A DNA stretch of 64,000 nucleotides from an uncultured virus (IMG/VR IMGVR_UViG_3300035521_000126). Its lineage: Duplodnaviria; Heunggongvirae; Uroviricota; Caudoviricetes. Position 1 is the stretch's first letter, and each line of letters opens with the position of its first letter. Below are positions 10,908 to 22,476 of this stretch, in pieces. The DNA lies in IMG/VR virus record IMGVR_UViG_3300035521_000126, positions 1-64,000 of that record. One strand, written 5' to 3'. The notes beneath the pieces were generated by a model. It was not told where the DNA came from. It ran no database searches and worked only from the letters and a program-made list of their open reading frames with translations. Position numbers and translations under genes: made by a program.

Positions 10908-11936
10908 ATGGGTAGAGCAACTGTATATAATGATATATATTCAGAAGAAATATGGGAAAAAGTAAATATGGAAAACAAGGATTTACTAGATGACTTTGTT
11001 TCCTACAAAAGAAGTTCAGATAAGTCTCCGCAAACAATACATCAATACTATCAAATGATAAGATTGTTCTTTTGCTGGAATTATTCTAATAATAACAACA
11101 AGTCTTTTATTTTTCTTAAAAAGCGTGACTTGGTAAGATTTTTTAGCCAAGCTGTTGAAGAATGGCAATGGAGTCCAAATAGAATCCATACAGTCAAATC
11201 CGCGTTAAGTTCTTTAAGTAATTATATTGAAAATATCCTAGATGACGAATATCCTGATTTTAGAAATATTGTACAAAAAATTGAAGTTTCTGTAAAACAG
11301 CCGGTTAGAGAAAAAACAGTTCTAACACAAGAACAAATTGATGAATGTCTAAAAACTCTTGTATTTAGAAAGAAGTATCAAACTGCTTGTTATCTAGCAT
11401 TGGCGGTTGCTTCTGGCGCAAGAAAGTCTGAGTTGCTAAGATTTAAGGTAGATTATTTTAAAGACGAAAATATTAAGTTTGGATGTTTATATAAGACACC
11501 AGAACAAATTAAGACAAAAGGTAGAAGTAGTAAGGGTAAAATGCTTTATAAGTATGTGTTTAAGAATGATTTTAAACCATATTTTGATTTGTGGATGGAA
11601 GATAGAAAGAAAAAGGGCATTGAAAGTGAATGGCTCTTTGTTGTAAAAAATGGCAATGAGTACGTGCAAGCTAAAACCGGAAGCGCTGATAATTGGTGTA
11701 AAGAAATTAGTAATATTATTGGTGTTACTTTTTACAGTCACTCTGCACGACACGCTCTTTGTACTAAGTTAAGAGCGGCTAATTTACCAGACAAAATTAT
11801 ACAGGAATTTTTTGGCTGGTCGAGTCTAGAGCTAATTAATATTTACGATGACTCCAGTAGAGATGCAGATTTCGGAAAATACTTTACAGAAGATGGCATT
11901 GCCGAAATTGAACAAACTACTGTAAATGATATATAA
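10908..11936 (+). CDS. Tyrosine recombinase/integrase
   Basis: GARKSE (R), HSARH (HxxR), GW and C-terminal Y (NIYD); N-terminal SAM-like region. Confidence 0.85.
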   Translation: MGRATVYNDIYSEEIWEKVNMENKDLLDDFVSYKRSSDKSPQTIHQYYQMIRLFFCWNYSNNNNKSFIFLKKRDLVRFFSQAVEEWQWSPNRIHTVKSALSSLSNYIENILDDEYPDFRNIVQKIEVSVKQPVREKTVLTQEQIDECLKTLVFRKKYQTACYLALAVASGARKSELLRFKVDYFKDENIKFGCLYKTPEQIKTKGRSSKGKMLYKYVFKNDFKPYFDLWMEDRKKKGIESEWLFVVKNGNEYVQAKTGSADNWCKEISNIIGVTFYSHSARHALCTKLRAANLPDKIIQEFFGWSSLELINIYDDSSRDADFGKYFTEDGIAEIEQTTVNDI

Positions 11937-11959
11937 TTTGTGACAAAGGAGAGAAAACT

Positions 11960-12631
11960 ATGACATTTAATGATTTATATGATAAGTTAAACGCCTATTC
12001 TTTAAAACTGATGTCAAAAGATGATTTTCATAAATTTTTAGAAGAAAATCTAACAATTAATACTTATATTCCTGTCATTCAGAAATATGCTTTAGTTGGT
12101 ATTGTTGGGAAGATTTATAAAAATTCCGTTAAAGTTGAAGAAAACAGCGAGGATTTCTCTGCTGAATATATTTACATGAGATATGAAGTAATAAAGATGT
12201 TCAATCTTTTATTCAAATATATTGATATGGTTGTTCCTGTCGAAAAGCAGACATTAAAGGATTATGACCTTGTTATGGAATCTGGTCTATATGACTTTAT
12301 CGAATCAAGATGTCATAACGACTATCAATATCTCTCAAATATGTGCGATAAGATTTCCGGTGTAGACAATCTTCTTTTGGTACATGAATTTATTCATGAA
12401 ATTGGGGATAGATTTAGCGTTGAAAATATGAAAGAAATTCGTAAGGAACTTTCTAAGCTTGATATGCGTAAATTAAAATTATTAGAGAGTGTTGCACAGT
12501 TTAATGACCCGATTACAGCAGAAGTTGCAAATGCTCTAAAAGAAAAGACGCATGAAGAAGTTTTTGAAGCGCATAAAGAGGCGGCAGAAGAGAAGTCTGA
12601 GAATACTGAAACAAACATAGAAGAAAAGTAA
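11960..12631 (+). CDS. Hypothetical protein (possible tail assembly chaperone)
   Basis: 223-aa ORF with AAGGAG RBS upstream of tape measure. Confidence 0.6.
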   Translation: MTFNDLYDKLNAYSLKLMSKDDFHKFLEENLTINTYIPVIQKYALVGIVGKIYKNSVKVEENSEDFSAEYIYMRYEVIKMFNLLFKYIDMVVPVEKQTLKDYDLVMESGLYDFIESRCHNDYQYLSNMCDKISGVDNLLLVHEFIHEIGDRFSVENMKEIRKELSKLDMRKLKLLESVAQFNDPITAEVANALKEKTHEEVFEAHKEAAEEKSENTETNIEEK

Positions 12632-12641
12632 GTGATACCAA

Positions 12642-13241
12642 ATGGCTAAAAAGAGCAGCAAATTAAGCCGCAATTCATACCATACGTTGGGTAATACCAA
12701 TGCTTATAGAAAACTTACACAAAAGGTACAAGAAAAAGTTGATGAAGCGCAGAAAGAAATTGAAAATGCTCTAACTGATATTGGAAAGTAGACTGTAGAA
12801 AAAATAAAAGAATACGTTAAACGTTATTATTACAATGCTTATCCAGAAGGAGACAACTATAATCGACTTGGAGAAAATGGTGGATTTTTGGGTACAATTT
12901 CTTATGAAGTAAATGTTTCTAATTTTTCAGTTAAGATATATTGTGATTGGGGTTTGTTAGATATTCGTAATGAACCAGACCCGAAGTTTCCTCACCACTG
13001 GGAAAATGGTCAAGCATTTACTTATGGTTTATATGATTATATGATGTATGGTAGTTGGCCTTTTAGCCGTAGTAACCGAGTTATTCAAGCAGGATTTAGA
13101 GGCATTGACGAAGATATGACAAAAGAAATTAAAGATTTTCTTGACTGGTATGTTTCTGATTTGGTATCGGCACGATTAGAGAAACTAGGATTTAATGTTA
13201 GTGGTCTTAAACATAGTGCTTCTGTCTTGCGGTCTGATTAA
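12642..13241 (+). CDS. Hypothetical tail-module protein (1 recoded TAG)
   Basis: ATG 12642; TAG 12789-12791 in frame with the 12888..13241 ORF. Confidence 0.7.
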
Positions 13242-13260
13242 TTTTAAGGAGGTGGGTTAA

Positions 13261-16200
13261 ATGGCTGAAAACATAATGTTTAATATAGGTATTGGTATTG
13301 ATAACGAGGTTGACCAAGATTTAGCCGAAGTTACAAAACAAATACAAGAAGTTCTAAAAACAGATTTAAAGTTTAATATTGATGCAAGCAATATTGAAGA
13401 ATTGCAACAGCAATTGGCAAATCTTGGTGGAGAACTCAAGATAACGAGAGATTCTGTAACTGGACTTGCTACTGGATTTACTGCGACTGCTACTGCCATG
13501 AATGGTCAACTTGTTCAAGTAAGTGGCAGCTTTGATAATTTGCAAACTGGTGCAGATAAATATGTAGCTAAATTAAATAGTATGCGTGACCAAATTTCTG
13601 GTCAAACTTCCGAACAAAAGGCCATAACACAAATTCAGCAAGAATATATTAGTTTGTTATAGAAAGAAACTGATATTAAAGAAAAACTAGCTGTTGCGGT
13701 TCAAAATCAAGATACTCAACAAGTAAGTTCTTTGGCAAACCAGCTTAGTAAAACCGAGACATTAATAGACTATCATTCTCAGCAATTACAATAGCTACAA
13801 GGTATGTCAACTGCTACCAACACTCTTAATACGGCTTTTGAACGAATATATCAAACAGCTCAACAACTGGACGAAAGAAATAACAATGCTGATTCGTATT
13901 TGGGTTCTGATACAGCACAAAGAATTATTGATATATCAACAAATGCACAACAGCTAACAAATACTCTTTAGGAATATTATACTGTTCAACAACAGGTAAA
14001 TAATACTGCGCCCGGAGAGTATTATGATGTTCTAAATAATAAATTAACTCAATTAAAGCCGTCTTATGATGCTGTTAAAACCAGTATGGAAGCTTTGGGT
14101 GTTGTGTTTGCGAATGGTCAGGCTCAATATACTGGGACAGCAGAGGCAGTTCAACAATTAGTTGAAAGATATAACGAGTTAGAGCAACAACAAAAGGAAA
14201 ACCAAGCTTAGAAAAATCAAGCTGCTACATATAAAGAAATTACAGAGGCGGTTAAGGCTTATTATAAAGCGCTAACTGACGTTAAGAAATCTAATAGCGT
14301 AGAAGGCTCTGAAACATACAAAGTATTACAGCAAAATTTAACCGCTGCTGCCAATGCCACTGTAACACTTAATGGAAAAACAACTCAATTACAAGATGTA
14401 TTTTCTGCCCTTGGTATTACTATATCAAATTATGGTTCAAACTTTACTGCTGCATACAGTGGTAAAAGCCAAGAAATCCAAAAGATTGTTGATTTAATTA
14501 ATCAACAAAGTCAGGCTTACGCCAAGCTTAATGCTCAAAAAGCAGACCAAGCTTCTGATACTGCATTAATTGAAAGTGCCGTAGCGGCATATAAAAAGTA
14601 TAGAGACCAATTAGATGTTGTTTATAAATTAAAGAAAAGTGGGAACACTGACTTTACAAGCAACCTAAAAGAAGAAGAAGAACTCTTAAAGCAGCTTAAA
14701 ACTGCGTATGAACAAGAAGAACAAGCTCTTCTTAGTAACGGTCAAGAAGTACAGAAAAATACAACTTATAACCGTGATAAAAACCAAGTAACTAGAGACT
14801 CTATTCAGGCTCAAAAAGAGTTTGATTTAAGTTTAAATACAAATTCGCTACAAAATGCTATTGCCTAGACACTGCAATACACTATTAGCTTGCAGGGCTT
14901 AAAGACTGCAATTAAAGAAGTTATAGATACAACTCTTGATTTGAATGAATCAATGACGCAAATTCAGCTTGTTACCCAACAAAATAATGATGATGCCAAA
15001 GAATTAATCCAATCTTATTCAGAATTAGCCAAGAGTTTGGGTACTACAACTGCTGATATAGCTTCTGCAAGTGTTGAGTGGCTTCGGCAGGGTAACAGTA
15101 TTGAGGAAACTAATGACTTAATTCAAGCGTCTGCAACGCTACAAGTCATTGGTAATATGGAAGCGTCGGATTCCGTACAATCATTAACGGCTGCTATCAA
15201 CGGCTATGGATTAGAAGCTTCTGACGCAATGCAGATAGTAGACCAATTAACCACACTAGATTTGAAGTTCGCAGCTTCTTCCGGTGATATAGCGACAGCT
15301 CAACTATTAAGGGCTGGGTGTGCAGTAATGCACATAACAATAAATTCTTTTAACTGCGGGAACTTCCTTAGAGATTAACATACTAAAATATGATAGGGAT
15401 ATACATATTGGCGAGAATAATTACCTCGGTATAGTAAAAATTGTTAATATTGGATAATCCGCAACTAAGCACCAAGAACTGGTGAAAGCTCAACGACCAT
15501 CCCATAGGTTCTTTTTAGAACAACAGGAGTACGGCCAATCGTTAAGGTGGGTGAAAATCCCTTAAATGGAAATGGAGAATATCCTACTCTTAGGATAAAG
15601 ATATGGTCTTTTCTTATTAGAAATAATAAGGTGTTTGTTTGTATCATGGAGATAAAAATATAATAACATAGAAGAATACAAACAAATCAATGTGGAATAA
15701 CGCCCCACATTAAAAATTTATACTTTCTAAAGTTGCATCTGTAGCCTCACAATCCGGTGTTTCACTGGAAAAACTAGAATCAATTCTGGTTGTCACAGAA
15801 GACCAAACACAGCAATCGGCAGACACCATTAACAAAACAGTGGTGTATAAATCAATTCTAATATTTATGCGAAAATCCAGAGATGGATAACGCTTCGGAA
15901 GGTAAATTACCGCCGACAACGACTGAATGAATTGACCAAATTTATTTTGGATGCAACAGTCTGAACACATAATATAATCGAACAATGAAATATGTGAATA
16001 GAAGTCATTGGTAATCAGACCAATTAAAGAAGAACTTCTATCGCCTACTATAAAGTAGGTCATAAAAGTAACAGAATGTGGTAATGCTAAATGTTCTTGG
16101 CATGGCACATAGTAATATGTGCAATAATTAATCCCTTTAATTGCGGGAAACCCCTTAGAGATTAACATACTAAAATATAATAGGAATATTATATTGGCGA

Positions 16201-19200
16201 AAGTAACTATTTCGGTATAGTAAAAATTGTTAATATTGGGCAATCCGCAGCTAAGTGTTCAGAACGGACAAAAGTTCATCGACTATCCAATAGCTTTCAA
16301 ATAAGCAACAGGAGTACGGCCAATTGTTTAGGTGAGTGAGAATCTCTTAAATGGAAATGGGGGACATCCTATTATTTAGGATGAAGATATAGTCAAAACT
16401 TGTTAGAAATAATAAGAACTTATATTAAAAATATAAATCATTGAAAGAATCTTATTTTTAATATAGGTTGCATAAAAATAACGAACTTATGTTAATTAAT
16501 TGTGGAACAGTATTTTTGCCAGAATGTCGAAAATTGCTGCTGGTAAAGACCTTGAAGACACTGAAGTAACGCTAAAATTTTGGCGCATTGTGGTATAATA
16601 AATAAGCCGCAAATGAAAATTCTTTCTAATGATTTAGTATTTTATACTAATGCTTGAAAACCCAGTAGGATGGGCAACAAGGAAGAAGCGATAATTATTG
16701 CACTTTGAACGACTAAATGAAAGAACACCATCGTGATGGTGATGTGATAGTCTGAACTACCGTATATTCCTACATATAAGCGGTAGAGATTGGGTCAGTC
16801 GTAAAGACGGCTTAAAGAAGAACCCAGTCCTTATTCTTTTTAGAATAAAGTAACAAAATTGAAATGATGTCGATAAGGTCTTAACCAAAATGAATATTAG
16901 TCTAAAGGATGAACAGGGTCAAATTCGTGACCTTGACGATGTTCTTGACGAAGTTGCAGGTCGTTGGGACACCTTTACGACAAATGAAAAGAACCAAATT
17001 AGTACGGCTATCGCGGGCACACGACAAGCCAACTATTTTAAGGCCGCAATGGCCGACTGGGGAGAAGTTCTTGACGGTACGCAAATTGCATTAGACGCAA
17101 ATGGTACGGCCACAGAGCGTATGGGTATTTATACCGAATCCCTAGGAGGTAAAATTAAGACCTTAAAGGCTACTTGGGAAGAATTTGTAGCCGATTTAAA
17201 TTTGGACGATGTTATCTCTAATGTAATTAGTACAGCACAAAATCTATTAGAGATTTTTGATACTATAATAAATAAAAGCGGTGTTTTAAGTACCGTAATT
17301 AAAGGAGTTCTTGTTGCACAAGGACTAAATATTTTATCTGGCGCTGTTGTAAAGGTTCTTGGTACACTAACTGGTAGTGGTGGATTATTAAGCGGCCTTA
17401 TTAAACTTACTCAGATAGCCCCTGAACTTTCTGAATTTGCAAGTTCTATAAATAGCGTCGCTGACGCACAAACTGCTTGGGCTTTAATTACTGGTGACGG
17501 TATTTTAAAAATAATCCCAAATATACTCACTCTACTTGGTGGTTCTGGTGGTCTTGTTGCTATTCTTGGAACTCTTGCTGGTACTATTGCGATTGTGGTT
17601 GCGGCAGTTGCCGCATTTAAATATGCTTGGGAAAATTGGTTGCCTACGCAAGCAAATGCAAATCGGCAACTAGAAGAAGCACAAGAAGAATTAGAGAATA
17701 CCTAGTCAGAACTTAATGATGTAATATCAAAATTAGAAGATGTTCAATCTCAAATTGATGATTTAAATAGTAAAGATACTTTATCTATTACAGATAAAGA
17801 GCAATTAGATATATTAAAGAAGCAAAGTGAAGAACTTGAAATACAAAAGTCTACACTTGAAGAAATGGAAAGAATCAAGCAGCAAGGCGTTCTTGATGCC
17901 AATATAAATAATCAAAATACCAAGAGTAATTTGTTTAGCTTTAACTTAGAAGATGGCCTAACAATAAATACTGCATATAACAAGAGCTTAGAAGAGCTTA
18001 TATCTACATATAAGACATTGCAGATTGTTGTTGATAAAACTGGCGATTCACTTGGAACTTTTGAGATTTATGGTGATGAATTACAAGACAGATACGATAA
18101 AGCTAATGCGACCATAAATCAATATCTCCAAATGGAGCAATCTGGTTTATTAACCACTAAGTATTATACTCAAGCCCAACTTGATTCTTACCAAGAAGCT
18201 TATGATAACGCTATTAATATTCGTAATTAGATTCTTGAAATTTTAAATCCTGAACAATTTAAGAAGCTTAAAATTGAAGAAGCTCTTGACACAAGTGGTT
18301 TCAAGGGTATTGAAACAACAATTAACAACTTAAATATTAAGTTAAAAAATGGCGAAACAACATTTGAAGAATATTCCGAAGCTGTTCGTGCGGCATTAAC
18401 AAAATTAGCACAAAACGACGATTTTAAGAATCTTCTTGGTGATATATTTACAGAAGATGAATTAAATGACACAGAAGCTCTCGTAGAAGAACTTGTTGGG
18501 TATCTTGATGTACAAACTAATGCTATTGTTGATGATGTCACTGATACCCAAAATGAAATTGTCGAATCTTTTGAGGGCTATGCCGACGGAATTAAAGAAG
18601 TAGAATCTTCTTATGAAACATTAAAAGATGCAGTAGACAGTTACAATAGTAGTGGTACTATTACAGCTAAACAACTAGAAGAATTATTGGCACTTGACCA
18701 AGATTATTTAAATACTTTAAGTTATGAAAATGGTCAAATTAAGATAAATGGAGAGGCTATTAGTTCTTTAAAAGAGGAACAATTGGCTCTTTATAAACAA
18801 CAGCTTCTTACCGCTGCTTCTGCCGAGATTATGGCTCGTGCGCAGCAAGTAAATAACCAGATAGAAGAAGATTCTGTTACTGATGCTTATGAGCTAAGAG
18901 AAGCTAATTTCCAGTTAAAAAATGGACATATTGAAGCTGCAACAGGTGCTTCTGTACAAGCGACTGCCGAAGCAGATTTACAGACGCAATTAACTGGTGT
19001 TGCTGCTAGTGCTGGACTTACAACTGAGGCAATTCAAGACATTATAGATAAATACACTGCCTTGTATGCTTTCGGAGAAAATGTATCTGGTTCTTCTTCT
19101 AGCAGTAGTTCGACTAACGCTGCTAAAACTGCTTATGAACTAGAAAAATCCAGATATGAACTGCTTGAAAAAGAAGTAGAATTAGAGAAAGACAAATTAG

Positions 19201-21510
19201 AAGCCCAAAAAGATGGAGTGAAAGCAGAAGAAACTCTGCTTAAAAATAAAAAATCCGAATTAGAGCTTCAAAAACAAATCAAAGAACAACAACTTGACAC
19301 TATACAAGATTCCGAGGAAGATATTACTGATTTAATTGAGTATGTCGAAAAGATGCTTAAACAACAGTACGAAGACCTCAAAACGAATCTTAAAAAGGTA
19401 AAAGAGTATGTTACTACTTGGCGTGACGCATTGTCTGATGCAAAAGATAGTTATGACGATATTACGGCTGCTATCGAGAAGCAAATGAAAGCTCAAAAAG
19501 AGCAAAATGACAATGAAAAGGCTCTAAAAGAAAAAGCGGATGCTGTTTCTGACGTTCAGGAACAATTGGCTGCTATTCAGTATGATACTTCTTCTGATGC
19601 TGCTACTAAGCGCGTCGAGTTACTAAAAGAACTTAATGATGCACAAGAGGCACTGACAGAAGAAGCACAAGACCAAGCATATGATTCTGCTCTCGACCAA
19701 TTAGACGCTGCTCAACAAAAAATTGATGATATTTTCGACTTTATTGACGAAGCGTTGGAAGACGCAGAAGATGCTATTGACGATTACGTTGACTATATTT
19801 CTAATACTTTAGAATCTGAAGGCAATCTGTATAAAGAGGCGTTGGCAGAAGTTCAATCTGCAATTGACGGTAACAATGACGAATTATTGCAAAAGCTTTA
19901 TAAGTGGAACAGCGCGAAATGAATGCGCTGTATAAATCGGGTTATATGCTGGAACACCCTAAAGACTTTAATACTAAAAAGTAAAAATTTAAAGTATGTT
20001 ACAATGGGCAATCAGCAGGGAAGATAAGTTCACCCTCAACGACTATGGGAATATCCCACTAATATATAAGTAATTATATATTAGAACCCCGATAAGGCAT
20101 AAGCCGAATGATATAGTCTGAACTTCCATAGAAATATGGAGAATTGGGCAGAAATGACCCAATATTTTTGTGTTAGTATTTGAAAACAAAACTAATTTTA
20201 TTTTTTTAGTATAACACAAAAATTAACAAAATTGATATGGAGACAACATTGCTGAAACCATTACAAAAGCTTGGAACGACGCTCTTGATGCTGTTGAAAA
20301 ATATAAAGATGCAACTGGTGAAACTAATCTGCAAAATATCCGTGAAGGATTACAAATGCAGGACACCACTCTTAGCGCAGAAATTGCAGCATTTGACACA
20401 CAAATTGATGCCTTGCAAAATCAGATTGATGCCAAAGAAATAGAGATTGATGCTCTTGAAGTATTAATTGATGAAAAAGAAGCAGAAATTGACCAGATTA
20501 AAATGGCTCTTTCTCAGCTTGAAATTAACTACGATGCACAAACTGTCGCAAGTAATAATGCTACAAAAGCTACATGGGACGAAGTATATGCTCTTATTGG
20601 GCAAACTGCTGCTACTACTGATAATACTACTGCAACAGAAAATAATACCGACGCAACTAGCACCAATACAGATAAGACAGGCGACAATACTACTGCTGTT
20701 GAAAATAATACAACCAAGGTTGAAAACGCAACAGATAAGGTGGAGGATTTGTCTTATAGTACGGATGTTGCTTCTGATAAAGTTGACGCAGCAGCACAGT
20801 CTGCTGATGACGCTTCTGACGCACTGTCTGGCGCTGATAGCCTAGCCGATGCAGCTTCTACGACCAAGGACGCAATTAGCGACCTAGGAGAAGCCTCTGT
20901 TGTTGCGGCAGATAAACTTACTGGTGGAGATGGAACTGGTAGTTCTAGCGATTCTAGCGGCACTACAACGAGTTCTGAAACCAGTGGAATTTTAGACCTT
21001 ATTAGTTCTGGAGTTTCTTACTTTACTGGCGGAACAGACGCCGGAACTGTTATCGGTAATCTACTAGCAAGATATATTCCAAAACTGGTTAATACCGGCG
21101 TAAAATACGCAATTAAGAAAGTATCTTCTAACCATGATGGTACAAATTGCGTTGAAAAGAGTGATTCTCCACTTGATGACTTGTTAGGACTTGGCTCTGA
21201 CGAAACTGCTCGTGTGCTAAAAGTTGGAGAAACTGTTGTTCCTAACTACGCAAGTGATGTTAAGATTCAGCAAACCGATGAACCGTTTACTACTTCTATT
21301 GATTCTCCGAATGCTTCTAATATTTCTACTAATAATAGTGGAGACTTCAATCTTGACATGGGAGATTTGGATATTTCTGGAATTGATAGTGACGAGTTAA
21401 TGAACCAGTTAAAGAGCTTAAAGAAAGACTTCGCTGACGAGGTTTATTCTACTATTAATAAGCATATTAAAATCGGTGGATATAGAAACGTAAAAAATAG
21501 TTACATTTAA
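13261..21510 (+). CDS. Tape measure protein, about 2185 aa; exons 13261-15300, 15723-15829, 16079-16088, 16503-16573, 16862-19915, 20235-21510; 7 recoded TAG
   Basis: AAGGAGG RBS; TP901-like TMP core (ASVEWLRQG, ...GDIATA|LSKVAS...SADTI|GNA|WNSIFARM...L|NDVDKVL...AGTRQ); spliced length 6558 nt = 2186 codons; TAG at 13660, 13792, 13969, 14209, 14866, 17703, 18228. Confidence 0.85.
15301..15722 (+). ncRNA. Group I intron TMP-1 (422 nt)
   Basis: P1 CAGCU|C...GGGCUG with U.G; P4/P5 UGCGGGAA...AAUCCGCA; P7 GACCA/UGGUC (AAGATATGGTC); the frame-restoring 3' end is A15722, not G. Confidence 0.8.
15830..16078 (+). ncRNA. Group I intron TMP-2 (249 nt)
   Basis: P1 ACACCAU|U...AGUGGUGU with U.G; P7 GACUG/CAGUC; terminal G16078. 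Confidence 0.8.
16089..16502 (+). ncRNA. Group I intron TMP-3 (414 nt)
   Basis: P1 AUGCU|AA...UUGGCAU; P10 UGUUC/GAACA; P7 GACUA/UAGUC (AAGATATAGTC); terminal G16502. Confidence 0.88.
16574..16861 (+). ncRNA. Group I intron TMP-4 (288 nt)
   Basis: P1 CGCU|AAA...UUUGGCG; P7 GACUA/UAGUC; terminal G16861; CT+A restores the Leu codon. Confidence 0.82.
19916..20234 (+). ncRNA. Group I intron TMP-5 (319 nt)
   Basis: UGCUGGAA...AAUCAGCAGG (P4/P5); P7 GACUA/UAGUC (GATATAGTC); terminal G20234; P1 ACAGCGC/GCGCUGU; splicing restores WNSA-YGD. Confidence 0.8.
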
Positions 21511-21520
21511 TTAGGACACT

Positions 21521-21554
21521 AGCCCGCTTTGAAAGATAGGCGGGCTTTTATTTT
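21521..21554 (+). terminator. Rho-independent terminator after tape measure
   Basis: AGCCCGC...GCGGGCT-TTTATTTT. Confidence 0.65.
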
Positions 21555-21573
21555 ATAAAGGTGGTTGGATAGT

Positions 21574-22476
21574 ATGCCTGTAATGGGGTGTCCATTTATT
21601 TTTAATGAAATACCTTCCGAGGCATATAACGCCTCTTTAGTATTTTTGGAAGAACAATATACAAAACGTCCTTCTGGTGGACAAAAACAATTTACTACGG
21701 ATAATGTCAGAGGAAATTCAAGGGCAATTCTATTAGATGTTTCTCAAACAGAACCTTTGAGTTTCGGAATTGAAATTGTGTTTGATGAACCAGTAGATAT
21801 TCAAACTTTAACACAAGTTAAAAATTGGTTATGTTCTCCTTTGAAATATTGTAAACTTAGAATTTGTGCAGAGGGTTTTGAAAACTATTATTATAATTGT
21901 TATATAAACCTAGATAATGATTTGATTTATAATGGTGGTTATCGTGGAGTTACTGGTACAGTAACTTGTGATGCACCTTGGGCTTGGGAAAACGAACAAA
22001 CTATTGATTTAGAAATTGGGACATCGACTGTCCCTGCTGAAAATAGATTTTTAAATTACTCTCAGGACGCTAATCCGATGAAACCGATTATTTCATTCAC
22101 TGTGACAGAATCAAATTCAGATTCATTTTTAGCAATTGAAGATGTATTTGAGGATTCTAATGGGAATATTATATATGATAAAACTACAATGTTTGTTTCT
22201 ACCGAAAAGACATATACACAAAGGGATGGAACAACCATATCATATAAAAAACCTGACGGAAATAGTAATTTATATAAAAATGAAAAAATTTCTTTTGATA
22301 ATCAAACTGCGTTAATAACCTCTTCTGTTGATGCGTTTTTCAGAATTGGAAACTTTAACAAGGTATTTCTCCGAATTCCTCAAGGAGTAAATAAATTGTA
22401 TGTGTCAGGGTTAAATATATCTAATTTAAAAATGACTTATACTAATGCTAAGAGATTAGGTGGTGGTTGGTATTAA
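21574..22476 (+). CDS. Distal tail protein (Dit)-like
   Basis: Immediately after TMP; CDAPWAW and FLRIPQGVNKL motifs typical of siphophage Dit. Confidence 0.75.
   Translation: MPVMGCPFIFNEIPSEAYNASLVFLEEQYTKRPSGGQKQFTTDNVRGNSRAILLDVSQTEPLSFGIEIVFDEPVDIQTLTQVKNWLCSPLKYCKLRICAEGFENYYYNCYINLDNDLIYNGGYRGVTGTVTCDAPWAWENEQTIDLEIGTSTVPAENRFLNYSQDANPMKPIISFTVTESNSDSFLAIEDVFEDSNGNIIYDKTTMFVSTEKTYTQRDGTTISYKKPDGNSNLYKNEKISFDNQTALITSSVDAFFRIGNFNKVFLRIPQGVNKLYVSGLNISNLKMTYTNAKRLGGGWY

Noticed and set aside
15465..16243. Minus-strand ORFs 15465..15647 and 15710..16243 as intron-encoded endonucleases
   Set aside because: Antisense to the introns and exons, cross exon boundaries in one case, and have no LAGLIDADG, HNH or GIY-YIG motifs.
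13261..21510. Pseudogenised tape measure / decayed prophage
   Set aside because: All breaks are TAG codons or inserts with group I structure; removing the inserts restores a single frame.
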